Positions 7,160 to 15,737 of a stretch of 22,116 nucleotides of DNA are shown here, piece by piece. The first letter of the stretch is position 1. Each line of letters starts with the position of its first letter. The position numbers and the translations under genes were made by a program. Below the pieces are notes generated by a model that ran no database searches, was not told where the DNA came from, and worked only from the letters and a program-made list of their open reading frames with translations. Source of the DNA: Candidatus Eiseniibacteriota bacterium (GTDB lineage: Bacteria; Eisenbacteria; RBG-16-71-46; JABDJR01; JAWXBZ01); assembly GCA_034440375.1 (NCBI GenBank), contig JAWXBZ010000165.1:1-22116 (forward strand), read 5' to 3'.

Positions 7160-10100
7160 ATGCTGAATCGATTGATTGCCTGGTCGCTCGCGAATCGCGG
7201 AATGGTTCTCGTCCTGGCTGGCCTGTTGCTGGTGGCCGGAACCTGGACAGCCACCCGCACGCCGGTGGATATCTTCCCCGACCTGACGGCGCCGACCGTC
7301 ACGATCATTGTCGAAGCCTCCGGCATGGCCCCGGAGGAAATTGAAACCGTGGTGACATTTCCGCTGGAATCCGCCGTGAATGGGGCCCCGGACGTGCGCC
7401 GCGTCCGATCATCCACCGTCACGGGCATCAGTGTCGTCTGGGTGGAGTTCGAGTGGGGCGTCGACATCTTCCGAGCTCGCCAGGCCGTGCTGGAACGGAT
7501 CCAGGGCGTGGCATCGGCCTTCCCGCCGGGTGTTGACGAACCCATCCTCGCGCCGATCAGCTCCATCATGGGCGAAATCCTGATGGTCGGACTGGGCGGA
7601 ACCGCCAGTCCGGAAGACCTTCGCTCCGTAGCCACCTGGGAGGTACGACCGAGGCTCCTCGCGATGCCCGGCGTGGCCCAGGTCATTCCTATCGGCGGCC
7701 ATGTTCGCGAGTACCAGGTGCTGATCGACCCGGTGCGCATGGGGGCCGCCGGCGTGACGCTGGATGAAGTTCTCCGCGCGGCCGGCGAAGCGGGCGTCAA
7801 CAGTTCCGGCGGAGTGGTGGTCAGCAAGGGACAGGAATACCTGGTCCGGACACTGGGCCAGGTGCGCGGCACCGGCGACATAGCCGGCACGGTGGTGGCC
7901 GTGCGAAACGGTGTACCGCTCCGCCTCGGGGATGTGGCCGAGGTCATGATCGGCCCGGCGCCCCGGTTCGGCGACGGCTCCGTGAACGGGAAACCGGGTG
8001 TCGTCCTGGCCGTCCAGAAACAGCCGGGCGCCAACACACTGGCGCTGACCCGCGACATCGACCAGGCGCTGGAGGAGATTCGATCACGGCTCCCGCCCGG
8101 CATGACTCTACATACCGACCTCTTTCGCCAGTCGAGTTTCATCGAGCGAGCCATCGAGAACGTGGTCGAGGCCCTGCGGGATGGCGCGCTCCTGGTCATC
8201 GCCGTCCTCGCGGTCTTTCTCTGGAATCTACGGGCGACCGCCATTTCGGTCCTGGCCATTCCCCTCTCGCTGTCCGCGGCCTTCCTGGTGCTTCACGTGC
8301 TCGGCCTGACCTTGAATACGATGAGCCTCGGGGGGCTGGCCATCGCCATTGGTGCGCTGGTCGACGACGCCATCATTGATGTCGAAAACGTCGACCGACG
8401 GCTGCGGGAGAACCGGCGCCTGCCGGTATCCGACCAGCGCCCGGTCATGACCGTCGTCTATGACGCCTCCCGGGAGATCCGCGCCTCCATCGTCAACGCC
8501 ACGGCCATCATCATTGTTGTCTTCCTCCCGCTCTTCTTCCTGGGCGGTGTCGAGGGGCGGCTGTTAAAGCCGCTCGGCGTGGCATACATCGTCGCACTCC
8601 TGGCGTCGCTCCTGGTCGCCGTCACCGTGACGCCGGCCCTGGCCTCCTGGTGGCTGGTCGGGCGGAAGGACGCACCGCCGCGCGGCGACAGCGCCGTCGT
8701 CACGGCCCTCAAATCGGTTTACCGACGCCAGCTGGCGTGGGTGCTGGCCCGACCGCGACGGGTGATTCTCGGCGCCGGTGTGGCGCTCATCGGCGCCCTG
8801 GCCGTCCTGCCGTTCCTTGGCAGCTCGTTTCTTCCTGAATTCAACGAAGGCGCCCTCACCATCTCGGTCGTGACGGTGCCCGGGACATCTCTCGACGAGG
8901 CCAATCGGATCGGACTCCGCGTCGAGAGCATGCTCCTGGCTCACCCGGAGGTGGCGGCCACCGACCGCCGCCAAGGGCGCGCCGAACTGGATGAGCATGC
9001 CCAGGGCGTCAATGCCGGGGAAATCGATGCACGATTGCATGACGGTGTCGATCGCGACGAACTGCTGGCAACGCTTCGGGAGGAATTCACCTCGCTGCCC
9101 GGCACGAACATCACGATTGGCCAGCCGATCGGGCATCGCATTGATCACATGCTGTCCGGGACCCGCGCCAGCATCGCGGTCAAGCTCTTCGGTCCGGACC
9201 GGCAGGAGTTGCGTCGCATCGGGACACTGATCGTCGAGGCGATGCGGGATGTCCCGGGCCTCGTGGATCTGCAGTTGGAACCGCAGGTCGACATACCCCA
9301 GATCCAGATTACGCCCGATCGGCCAACCCTGGCCCAGTACGGCCTCACGGTCGGCGATTTGAGCGGAAAGATCTCGACGATGGTGCGCGGCGAGGCTGTG
9401 GCCACGATCCTGGAGGAGGGGCGGCCCCTTGACCTGGTCGTCCGACTTGCCGAAGCCGGGCAGCATTCACCGGAAAGTCTGAAAGCCTTGTTGATCGATA
9501 CGCCCACGGGCGCCCGGGTGCGACTGGATCGTCTGGCCCAGGTGCGCGTGGATCGAGGCGCGAACGCCATCTCCCGCGAAAATGCCCGCCGGAAAATCGT
9601 GATCCAGGCCAACGTGGCCGGTCGCGATCTGGGTGGTGCCGTGGCCGAGACGCAGCGCCTCATCAAGCAAAGTGTTCCGCTTCCAACCGGGTACCATCTG
9701 GAGTACGCCGGGCAATTCGAGAGTCAGATTGCCGCCGCCCGTCGGCTCGGGATTCTGTCGATCCTTTCGGTGGCAGCCATCTTCATCATCCTGTTCAGCG
9801 AGTTTCGATCCGCCCGCATCGCGGCGGTCGTCATGGTCAACCTGCCGCTCGCCCTGATCGGCGGCATCCTGGCGGTCCTGGCGACGGATCGAATTGTCTC
9901 GGTCGCATCGCTGGTCGGATTCGTCACGCTGTTCGGTATTGCCACCCGCAACGGCATCCTGATGATCAGTCATTTCCGTCATCTCGAGGCGGAGGGTGTG
10001 CCCCGGAGTGACGCCATCTTCCAGGGATCACTCGAACGACTGTCGCCGATTCTCATGACCGCGCTCACGGCCGGGCTGGCCCTCGTTCCGCTGGCGCTGA

Positions 10101-10264
10101 GCGGCGGCGAACCGGGCAACGAAATCCAGACGCCGATGGCCGTCGTGATTCTTGGCGGCCTGGTGACCTCGACGGCACTGAACATGGTGGTCGTTCCGGC
10201 GCTGTATGCCCTCTTCGGAGATCGCGAGCGTGAGCGAAGCGGTCAGGATCCGATGCGGCGATGA
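7160..10264 (+). CDS. CusA/CzcA-family heavy-metal efflux RND permease
   Basis: 1034 aa. PVDIFPDLTAPTV, NTMSLGGLAIAIGALVDDAIIDVEN, GIATRNGIL, ERLSPILMTALT, GNEIQTPMAVVILGGL. AGGAG RBS. Confidence 0.95.
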   Translation: MLNRLIAWSLANRGMVLVLAGLLLVAGTWTATRTPVDIFPDLTAPTVTIIVEASGMAPEEIETVVTFPLESAVNGAPDVRRVRSSTVTGISVVWVEFEWGVDIFRARQAVLERIQGVASAFPPGVDEPILAPISSIMGEILMVGLGGTASPEDLRSVATWEVRPRLLAMPGVAQVIPIGGHVREYQVLIDPVRMGAAGVTLDEVLRAAGEAGVNSSGGVVVSKGQEYLVRTLGQVRGTGDIAGTVVAVRNGVPLRLGDVAEVMIGPAPRFGDGSVNGKPGVVLAVQKQPGANTLALTRDIDQALEEIRSRLPPGMTLHTDLFRQSSFIERAIENVVEALRDGALLVIAVLAVFLWNLRATAISVLAIPLSLSAAFLVLHVLGLTLNTMSLGGLAIAIGALVDDAIIDVENVDRRLRENRRLPVSDQRPVMTVVYDASREIRASIVNATAIIIVVFLPLFFLGGVEGRLLKPLGVAYIVALLASLLVAVTVTPALASWWLVGRKDAPPRGDSAVVTALKSVYRRQLAWVLARPRRVILGAGVALIGALAVLPFLGSSFLPEFNEGALTISVVTVPGTSLDEANRIGLRVESMLLAHPEVAATDRRQGRAELDEHAQGVNAGEIDARLHDGVDRDELLATLREEFTSLPGTNITIGQPIGHRIDHMLSGTRASIAVKLFGPDRQELRRIGTLIVEAMRDVPGLVDLQLEPQVDIPQIQITPDRPTLAQYGLTVGDLSGKISTMVRGEAVATILEEGRPLDLVVRLAEAGQHSPESLKALLIDTPTGARVRLDRLAQVRVDRGANAISRENARRKIVIQANVAGRDLGGAVAETQRLIKQSVPLPTGYHLEYAGQFESQIAAARRLGILSILSVAAIFIILFSEFRSARIAAVVMVNLPLALIGGILAVLATDRIVSVASLVGFVTLFGIATRNGILMISHFRHLEAEGVPRSDAIFQGSLERLSPILMTALTAGLALVPLALSGGEPGNEIQTPMAVVILGGLVTSTALNMVVVPALYALFGDRERERSGQDPMRR

Positions 10265-11772
10265 ACCTCGAGATCCCCGATCCGGACCTCGGATGCATAG
10301 TTCGCGGCCAGCCAGGAGGCCAGTCGCGGGTTTGCCGCAAGTTGTGCCGCCGAGTCGCTCCGCTCCACCGGATTCGAATCGTTGTGGATGACGACGACGC
10401 ACGATGGCGGCGCGGCCTCGACTTCCTGCCAGAATGCCGTCCAGTAACGGGCCTGTCGCTCCGGGTTGATGTGGCCCGATGTCAGAAACCAGTCGTAAAG
10501 GAATCGCGTCGGGCTTCGGCGCCGCGCGAGAAAGTTGACACCGGGCTCGAACCCCCAGACCAGGACCGTTTCCTCCGGCCGGGTGTGGGTGGCCAGCCAC
10601 GCCGCCACCCGTTCCGTCTCGGCCGGATTCACATCAAAGCCGGAGCCGGGCGGGGCAAGACTCTCGAGAAATGCGGCACGCGGGAGCGTGCCGCTCCGCA
10701 CCCGCCATCGCTCTCCGACATCGCGCCAGTCGAGTTGCAGCAAGGCCACCAGCACGCACCCGGCGAGCCCGATCCGAAGCGCCGGCCCCGCCATCCGGTT
10801 CCTGATCGGCGTCCCTTCCGCAGCCACCCAACCGATCGCCAGTGCCAGCGGCGCCACGATGGGCCAGTAGTGATATCCGAAGAATCGCCCCTGGATCAGG
10901 ACCTCGGCGTACGCCCCGGCCAGCCAGAGGCCGAGGGAGCAGGCCCGCCGGTCCCCCGAACCCGCAGCCAGCACGAGACCCACCGCCGCCGGCACCAGCA
11001 GGAGGAGCGGGATGACGCTGGCATGGCTGCCCACAAACCCATCGAGATGGCGAAGTCCGAGCAGCAGGCCCCGCCGTCCGTAGTCGACGTCGACCAGGAA
11101 CACCCCATCAACAAATTCCGGAAGGGCGCCACGGACCAGGAAGTAGCCGAACGTGACCAGCCACGGCAGGGCGATGCCGGCAGCGAACTCCAGCGCGCGC
11201 CTGGGTGAAGTGGCCACCCCGGCAGCGAGAAGCGCCGGAACAATCAGAATCGCCAGCGGCTTCCCAAGCGTGGCCACGCCGAGGGCCGCCCCGGCGGCGA
11301 GCGGATGTCCGCCCAGCGCCAGGAGCACGGCCCCGGCGACAAACGGCTCCATGAACGACTCGGCCTGCGCGCCGGACCACCAGGTGGAGAGGCCGCCGGC
11401 GCCGACGACGAGGACATAGAGCACACCGATCAGCACCGCCGGCCATTCGCCAGATTTCGAGCATGATTGAAGGCGAACACCGATTGTCATCAGCAAGGCA
11501 GCGGTGACCAGCATCGCCAACCAGGCCAGAAGACGGGCGGCCAGGATGGTGTGTCCGAAGAGGATCTGTGAGAGCGCGTAGGCCGCGAACGGCAGCGGCC
11601 CCTTGTGTTCCAGGCCGGCGGCCGCGTAGGGCGTGTCCCCCGCCAGGCATCCCCATCCGATCGTGGCAAAAACGCCTTGATCGCGCGCGACGGGATCCTG
11701 GGTGAACAGAAACCCCGGAATCGACGCAAGGAGGATTACCGCAGCCGGGAACCACCACCGCCGAAATCCCAT
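10243..11772 (-). CDS. GT-C superfamily (ArnT/PMT-like) membrane glycosyltransferase
   Basis: Polytopic. First loop RDQGVFATIGW...PY...EHKGPL resembles the RDEG..Y/DHKPP pattern, followed by AQAESFM, GRFFGYHYW and a C-terminal soluble domain (VLVWGFEPGVNFLARRRSPTRF). Start reassigned to ATG 11772. 3' end overlaps the RND gene by 22 nt. Confidence 0.75.
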   Translation of the reverse strand: MGFRRWWFPAAVILLASIPGFLFTQDPVARDQGVFATIGWGCLAGDTPYAAAGLEHKGPLPFAAYALSQILFGHTILAARLLAWLAMLVTAALLMTIGVRLQSCSKSGEWPAVLIGVLYVLVVGAGGLSTWWSGAQAESFMEPFVAGAVLLALGGHPLAAGAALGVATLGKPLAILIVPALLAAGVATSPRRALEFAAGIALPWLVTFGYFLVRGALPEFVDGVFLVDVDYGRRGLLLGLRHLDGFVGSHASVIPLLLLVPAAVGLVLAAGSGDRRACSLGLWLAGAYAEVLIQGRFFGYHYWPIVAPLALAIGWVAAEGTPIRNRMAGPALRIGLAGCVLVALLQLDWRDVGERWRVRSGTLPRAAFLESLAPPGSGFDVNPAETERVAAWLATHTRPEETVLVWGFEPGVNFLARRRSPTRFLYDWFLTSGHINPERQARYWTAFWQEVEAAPPSCVVVIHNDSNPVERSDSAAQLAANPRLASWLAANYASEVRIGDLEVHRRIGS

Positions 11773-11825
11773 GCGTTGAAGTGTGCCGCGCGGGCCGGCC
11801 GCGGTCAATTGCGGGTGGTAATCGA

Positions 11826-11858
11826 ATGGGGGTAGCGGGACGAACCCGCCACCCCCAT
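11826..11858 (-). terminator. Strong stem-loop downstream of the CARDB lipoprotein gene (terminator or stabiliser)
   Basis: Minus strand ATGGGGGTGGCGGG-TTCGT-CCCGCTACCCCCAT: a 14-bp stem with one G.U pair that forms only on the minus strand. The U-tract is weak. Confidence 0.55.
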
Positions 11859-11884
11859 CTTGATCATTAGCGGCCTCAGTGGGT

Positions 11885-13135
11885 CTAGGGCCCGGACATC
11901 CCCGGCGTCGGGACGGTCCTGATGTTGTCGCAGGCGCTGAGCGAGCACCCGTCATTCAAATCAGCCGTGAGACAAGCCTCGGTGTCACCTGACTGGATGC
12001 CCGTTTCCTGGGTCGGGAAATGGAGCACCAGGTCGACATACCCGTCGCCATTCACGTCCTCAAAGTGTCCCCCCTGCTTGTGGGTATCCATGGCCGAGGG
12101 GCCAAACGCAATGGTCGACTGGTCAATGTCATGAACATCGAGGTCGGCCGATCCCAGGATTGCCACGGGAATGACGCCCTTGCTTTTCGGATTTATCCGA
12201 TTCACATCGCTGCCCGGCTTGATGTCGATCTCCATTTCGGGGCAGCAATCGATCGAAGCAGCCCGAGTGTTGTTGGTCTCGTCGGATTCGTCCACCACAC
12301 CGCCCCAGTCGACCATCAGCACGAGGTAGGCGAAGCCGCAGGGATCCTGGCTGGGCGTTGAACTGAACGATCCGCTCCGGCTCTCACCCGGGTTAAGGAC
12401 GCCGATGGGCGAAATGCCGACGACCGTGCCGCCCGCCGCCACATCTCCGGCGTTGTTGAATATCGTGTCCTGGGACAGGAACGCCTGAACCGAAACGTTG
12501 TCATGCGTTGCACTGGTGGGGCCTTCCAGGTCTGCCGGAGCAGACCCGATGTTCTGGATGGTCCAGGAATAGCTGATCGAAGTGGCCGAGACAGACGTAA
12601 CCGTCAGTTCGGTCAGGATCAAATCGGGGCCGCAGCCGATCGGTGTGGCCAGGGTGTTGTTAGCCTCGTTGACTTCCGCTACCGATTCACCCCAGTCGGC
12701 CTTGAGCGTCAGGTAGGCAAAGCTACAGGGATCCTGAAAGGTGCCGGAGGAGAACGATCCACTGACGCTCTCACCCGGATTGAGAAATCCGAGCGGCGAA
12801 AGCCCGAGGATCGTGCCACCCGCCGGGCTGTCTCCGGCATCCCCAAAAACAGTGTCCTGGGACAGAAACGCCTGCACCGAAACGTTGTCGGTTTCGGAGC
12901 TCGTGGGGCCATCGAGATTCGCCGGAGCATCACCGATGTTCCGGATGGTCCAGGAATAGCTGATCGAATTGGCCGTCTGCGCCGTCACCGTCAGCGAGGT
13001 GAGGATCAGATCGGGTCCGCCCCCTCCGAGAGGCCGCAGCGGGGCGTTTCGCGAGGATCCGGGATCCTCGGAATTAGAGCAGCCGGAAAAGGCGGCGATT
13101 GCCGCAAGGGCCAGAGCGGTGGTGACGTTTCTCAT
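11885..13135 (-). CDS. Secreted lipoprotein with two tandem CARDB-like Ig domains and a C-terminal IDIKPG domain
   Basis: Lipobox FSGC (C19). Two 129-aa repeats PDLILT...WTI.NIG...E..E.NN. C-terminal IDIKPGS..N.IN.KSKGVIPVAILGS...EDVNGDGYVDLVLHF. AAGGGGG RBS. Confidence 0.8.
   Translation of the reverse strand: MRNVTTALALAAIAAFSGCSNSEDPGSSRNAPLRPLGGGGPDLILTSLTVTAQTANSISYSWTIRNIGDAPANLDGPTSSETDNVSVQAFLSQDTVFGDAGDSPAGGTILGLSPLGFLNPGESVSGSFSSGTFQDPCSFAYLTLKADWGESVAEVNEANNTLATPIGCGPDLILTELTVTSVSATSISYSWTIQNIGSAPADLEGPTSATHDNVSVQAFLSQDTIFNNAGDVAAGGTVVGISPIGVLNPGESRSGSFSSTPSQDPCGFAYLVLMVDWGGVVDESDETNNTRAASIDCCPEMEIDIKPGSDVNRINPKSKGVIPVAILGSADLDVHDIDQSTIAFGPSAMDTHKQGGHFEDVNGDGYVDLVLHFPTQETGIQSGDTEACLTADLNDGCSLSACDNIRTVPTPGMSGP
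12245..13018 (-). repeat. Intragenic tandem duplication, 2 x 387 bp
   Basis: Units 12632-13018 and 12245-12631 share runs such as ggatggtccaggaatagctgatcga, gtgtcctgggacag and accgaaacgttgtc. Confidence 0.85.
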
Positions 13136-13371
13136 GCATTCCCCCTTCTAGCGATGTCGAACAAATGCGCGAACGAAGCAGGGGGGCAATATAGCAAAGC
13201 AAACTCGGCCGTCCAATTCAAATTCGGAGACGTCTAGGAGCCTCGTGAGAGAGCCCAGTCCCGAAATTCCCTTGTCTACGACCCATAACATTGCTGTTGC
13301 AACACGGATTCGCCGTTACCGATGGGGGCCGGGCAAGAGACCTGTGCTCGCCCTCCCTATCGGCTCTCCAT

Positions 13372-14163
13372 TTATTTGGAGAGAATGAGCTTCCTCGCCG
13401 ACAGGAACCCGTCAGCGGTCATGCGATAGAAGTACATGCCGCTCGGAACGATGGAACCACCATCCCCGGCACCATCCCACACGACCTCGTGAACGCCGGC
13501 CGGCAGCTTCGAATCCACGAGCGAGCGGACCAGCCGACCGGTGACGTCGAAGATTTCGACCTTCACGCGACCGTTTGACACGCCGTTGGTAAACTGGATG
13601 CGCGTGGTTGGATTCATTGGATTTGGATAGGCATTGCCGAGGGCGTGGCGGAAGGACGGGGGGAGCGGCGGGTCGATGATTGGCACAGATCCCTGAGTCG
13701 GTGGGCGGCAGATGGTGGCCGATTCGAACCACTCAAGGATGTCATCGGTGCGGGCGTGGGACGCCGTCACGTCATCGCAGCCGGCGCCGAAGAAGCCCGG
13801 GTTGTTGCGCAGGCGGCCGACCGGGATACCGTCCAACACCGTCTTGTACGTGACGTCCACGGTGTTGAAGTTGGTTACCGACGCGAAGTCAATATTGGTC
13901 GGTACCCCTCCCGCCCCGGGAACCAGCCGCACATAGTTCATCTGGCCCCTGGACGTGGCGATCGCGGCGTTTCGGCTCAAGCGATCGAAGGAGTGGAGAT
14001 CCGGGCAACCGTTGCCACGACCGCGCGGCTGGATGGTGCTGACGAACTCCGACCCGACAACGGCCGACGTCGGAATGCAGTACGTGGTGTCGATGGCAAC
14101 CCCCCCGCAATTGGCGAGACGAATGCCGGTACAGTTCTGGAGGACGCCAAGCGTGTTGTTCAT
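13372..14163 (-). CDS. C-terminal part of a secreted protein with a FlgD-Ig / T9SS-type-A-like sorting domain; apparently 5'-truncated
   Basis: C-terminus LGNAYPNPMNPTTRIQF...VEIFDVTGRLVRSLVD...AGVHEVVWDG...VPSGMYFYRMTA...RKLILSK. No signal peptide. The reading frame runs into the ATPase gene at about 14168. Confidence 0.75.
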   Translation of the reverse strand: MNNTLGVLQNCTGIRLANCGGVAIDTTYCIPTSAVVGSEFVSTIQPRGRGNGCPDLHSFDRLSRNAAIATSRGQMNYVRLVPGAGGVPTNIDFASVTNFNTVDVTYKTVLDGIPVGRLRNNPGFFGAGCDDVTASHARTDDILEWFESATICRPPTQGSVPIIDPPLPPSFRHALGNAYPNPMNPTTRIQFTNGVSNGRVKVEIFDVTGRLVRSLVDSKLPAGVHEVVWDGAGDGGSIVPSGMYFYRMTADGFLSARKLILSK

Positions 14164-15250
14164 GAAGGAGACCGGAAAGAGCACACTTCTGCGAGCCGCC
14201 TACCCCGATGCCCTCTGGATTGACCTATTAAAGACGGACGAGTATCGCCGATTCCTACAGGAGCCGCAGATTCTGCGATCGCTTCTCCTGGGGTCCCCGA
14301 AGACTCGTTTCGTCGTGATCGATGAGATTCAAAAGGCGCCGGGCCTCCTGGATGAGGTGCACTGGCTCTTCGAAAATCGCGGCGTTCACTTCGCCTTGAG
14401 CGGCGCGAGCGCGAGGAAAGTGCGCAAGGGGCAGGCCAATCTGCTCGGTGGCCGCGCCGTGCGGCATGAACTCTTCGGGCTGGTCTCAGCCGAGCTGGGC
14501 GATCAGTTCGATCTGGATCGGCTGCTCAACCGGGGTTACCTGCCGCGAATCTACACGGCAGAAGCACCCGGGCCGTTGCTGGAGTCCTATGTCGGGGACT
14601 ACCTGAAGGAAGAAATCGCCGCCGAGGGGCTCGTCCGAAATCTTCCGGTATTCTCGGAGTTTCTGGGGATCGCCTCGCTGTCGGATACCGAAATAGTCAA
14701 CTTCTCCACCATCGCCCGGGAGTGCGGAGTCTCCGGGCCGACCATTCGGAATCACTTCGACATCCTGGTCGATACGCTGATCGGTCGCTGGCTGCCGGCT
14801 TATCGCCGCCGGCCGAAACGCCGGGTGATCGGCGCCCCGAAATTTTACTTTGGGGATGTCGGCATTGTGAATCGATTGGCGCGACGCGGTCGGCTCCTGC
14901 CAGGCACGGAACTCTATGGCAAGGCCTTCGAAAACTGGGTCTGTCACGAGCTCACCGCCTACCGAAGCTACTCGGGCCTGGACAATCAACTGAGCTACTG
15001 GAGACTTGCCAGCGGCATCGAGGTGGATTTCATCGTCGACGATGTGCGGGTAGCCATCGAAGCCAAAGCAACACGCCGGGTCGAGGCGGATCATTTGAAA
15101 GGGATGAGGAACCTGATCGTGGATCACCCGCGGGTACAGAAACGCCTCATTGCCTCTCTCGAGACGCGGCGCCGCGTGACGGAAGACGGGATATTGATAC
15201 TGCCTGCCCGGGAGTTTGCGGACGCCCTATGGGCCGGCGAGCTGTTCTGA
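14162..15250 (+). CDS. AAA_14 + DUF4143 ATP-binding protein, apparently missing its N-terminus (incomplete Walker A)
   Basis: TGKSTLL, Walker B VVIDEIQK, SGASARK, LLGGRA, PKFYFGDVG, GKAFEN and YWR...EVDFIV...AIEAK. The expected LFGPRQ before TGKST is absent. Confidence 0.82.
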   Translation: MKETGKSTLLRAAYPDALWIDLLKTDEYRRFLQEPQILRSLLLGSPKTRFVVIDEIQKAPGLLDEVHWLFENRGVHFALSGASARKVRKGQANLLGGRAVRHELFGLVSAELGDQFDLDRLLNRGYLPRIYTAEAPGPLLESYVGDYLKEEIAAEGLVRNLPVFSEFLGIASLSDTEIVNFSTIARECGVSGPTIRNHFDILVDTLIGRWLPAYRRRPKRRVIGAPKFYFGDVGIVNRLARRGRLLPGTELYGKAFENWVCHELTAYRSYSGLDNQLSYWRLASGIEVDFIVDDVRVAIEAKATRRVEADHLKGMRNLIVDHPRVQKRLIASLETRRRVTEDGILILPAREFADALWAGELF

Positions 15251-15253
15251 GTT

Positions 15254-15286
15254 CAGTACCCGCAGCCTGGCTGGAACGGCGTACTG
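15254..15286. terminator. Imperfect hairpin between the convergent ATPase and RidA genes
   Basis: CAGTAC-CCG-CAGC-ctg-GCTG-gaa-CGG-c-GTACTG, starting just after the ATPase stop. Confidence 0.3.
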
Positions 15287-15350
15287 TAAACCGTCAGGCC
15301 TCCGGTTTTGCTGCTCATGACGAGCCGCATCCACCCCGTGCTCCCGAAAA

Positions 15351-15737
15351 CTACTCCCCCACCCACGCGTCCGCCTCGACCTCGACCAGCATCGCGGGGT
15401 CGATCAGACCCTTGACGACGACCATCGTCGCGGCGGGTTTGATGGTGCGGAAGAATTCGGCGTGGGCGCGGCCGACGGCGTCCGAGTCGGCGGCGTTGAT
15501 CAGGTAAATCCGGGTGCGGATCACTTGATCGAGGCGGGCGCCGGCCCTTTCCAGCGCCGCCTCGATCGTCTTGAATGACTGGATGGCCTGGGCGTAGGCA
15601 TCATCGACGCCAACGAGCCCCTGGGGCGTCATGGCGGTGGAACCGGCCACCGCCACGAACGGACCGACACGCACGGCTCGCGAATAGCCGGCGATGTCTT
15701 CCCACGGGCCGCCGCTACTGATGTTCTGTCGTGTCAT
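15351..15737 (-). CDS. RidA/YjgF/UK114-family protein
   Basis: 128 aa. ISSGGPWEDIAGYSRAVRVG, VIRTRIYL, VGRAHAEFF...PAATMV, LVEVEADA. ATGA overlap with the czcD stop. Confidence 0.9.
   Translation of the reverse strand: MTRQNISSGGPWEDIAGYSRAVRVGPFVAVAGSTAMTPQGLVGVDDAYAQAIQSFKTIEAALERAGARLDQVIRTRIYLINAADSDAVGRAHAEFFRTIKPAATMVVVKGLIDPAMLVEVEADAWVGE

Noticed and set aside
13321-13361. Terminator after the FlgD-Ig gene
   Set aside because: Only an imperfect 7-bp stem (GGGCGAG/CTTGCCC) with no U-tract; too weak to call.
13955-14161. N-terminal 69 aa of the 431-aa ATPase ORF as a real overlapping coding region
   Set aside because: It is the antisense of the FlgD-Ig gene and lacks the family's beta-strand-GPR lead-in to Walker A.
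14162-15250. AAA_14/DUF4143 protein as a new defence system
   Set aside because: A very widespread stand-alone family. Here it appears truncated and has no partner genes, despite the nuclease-like EVDF...EAK end.
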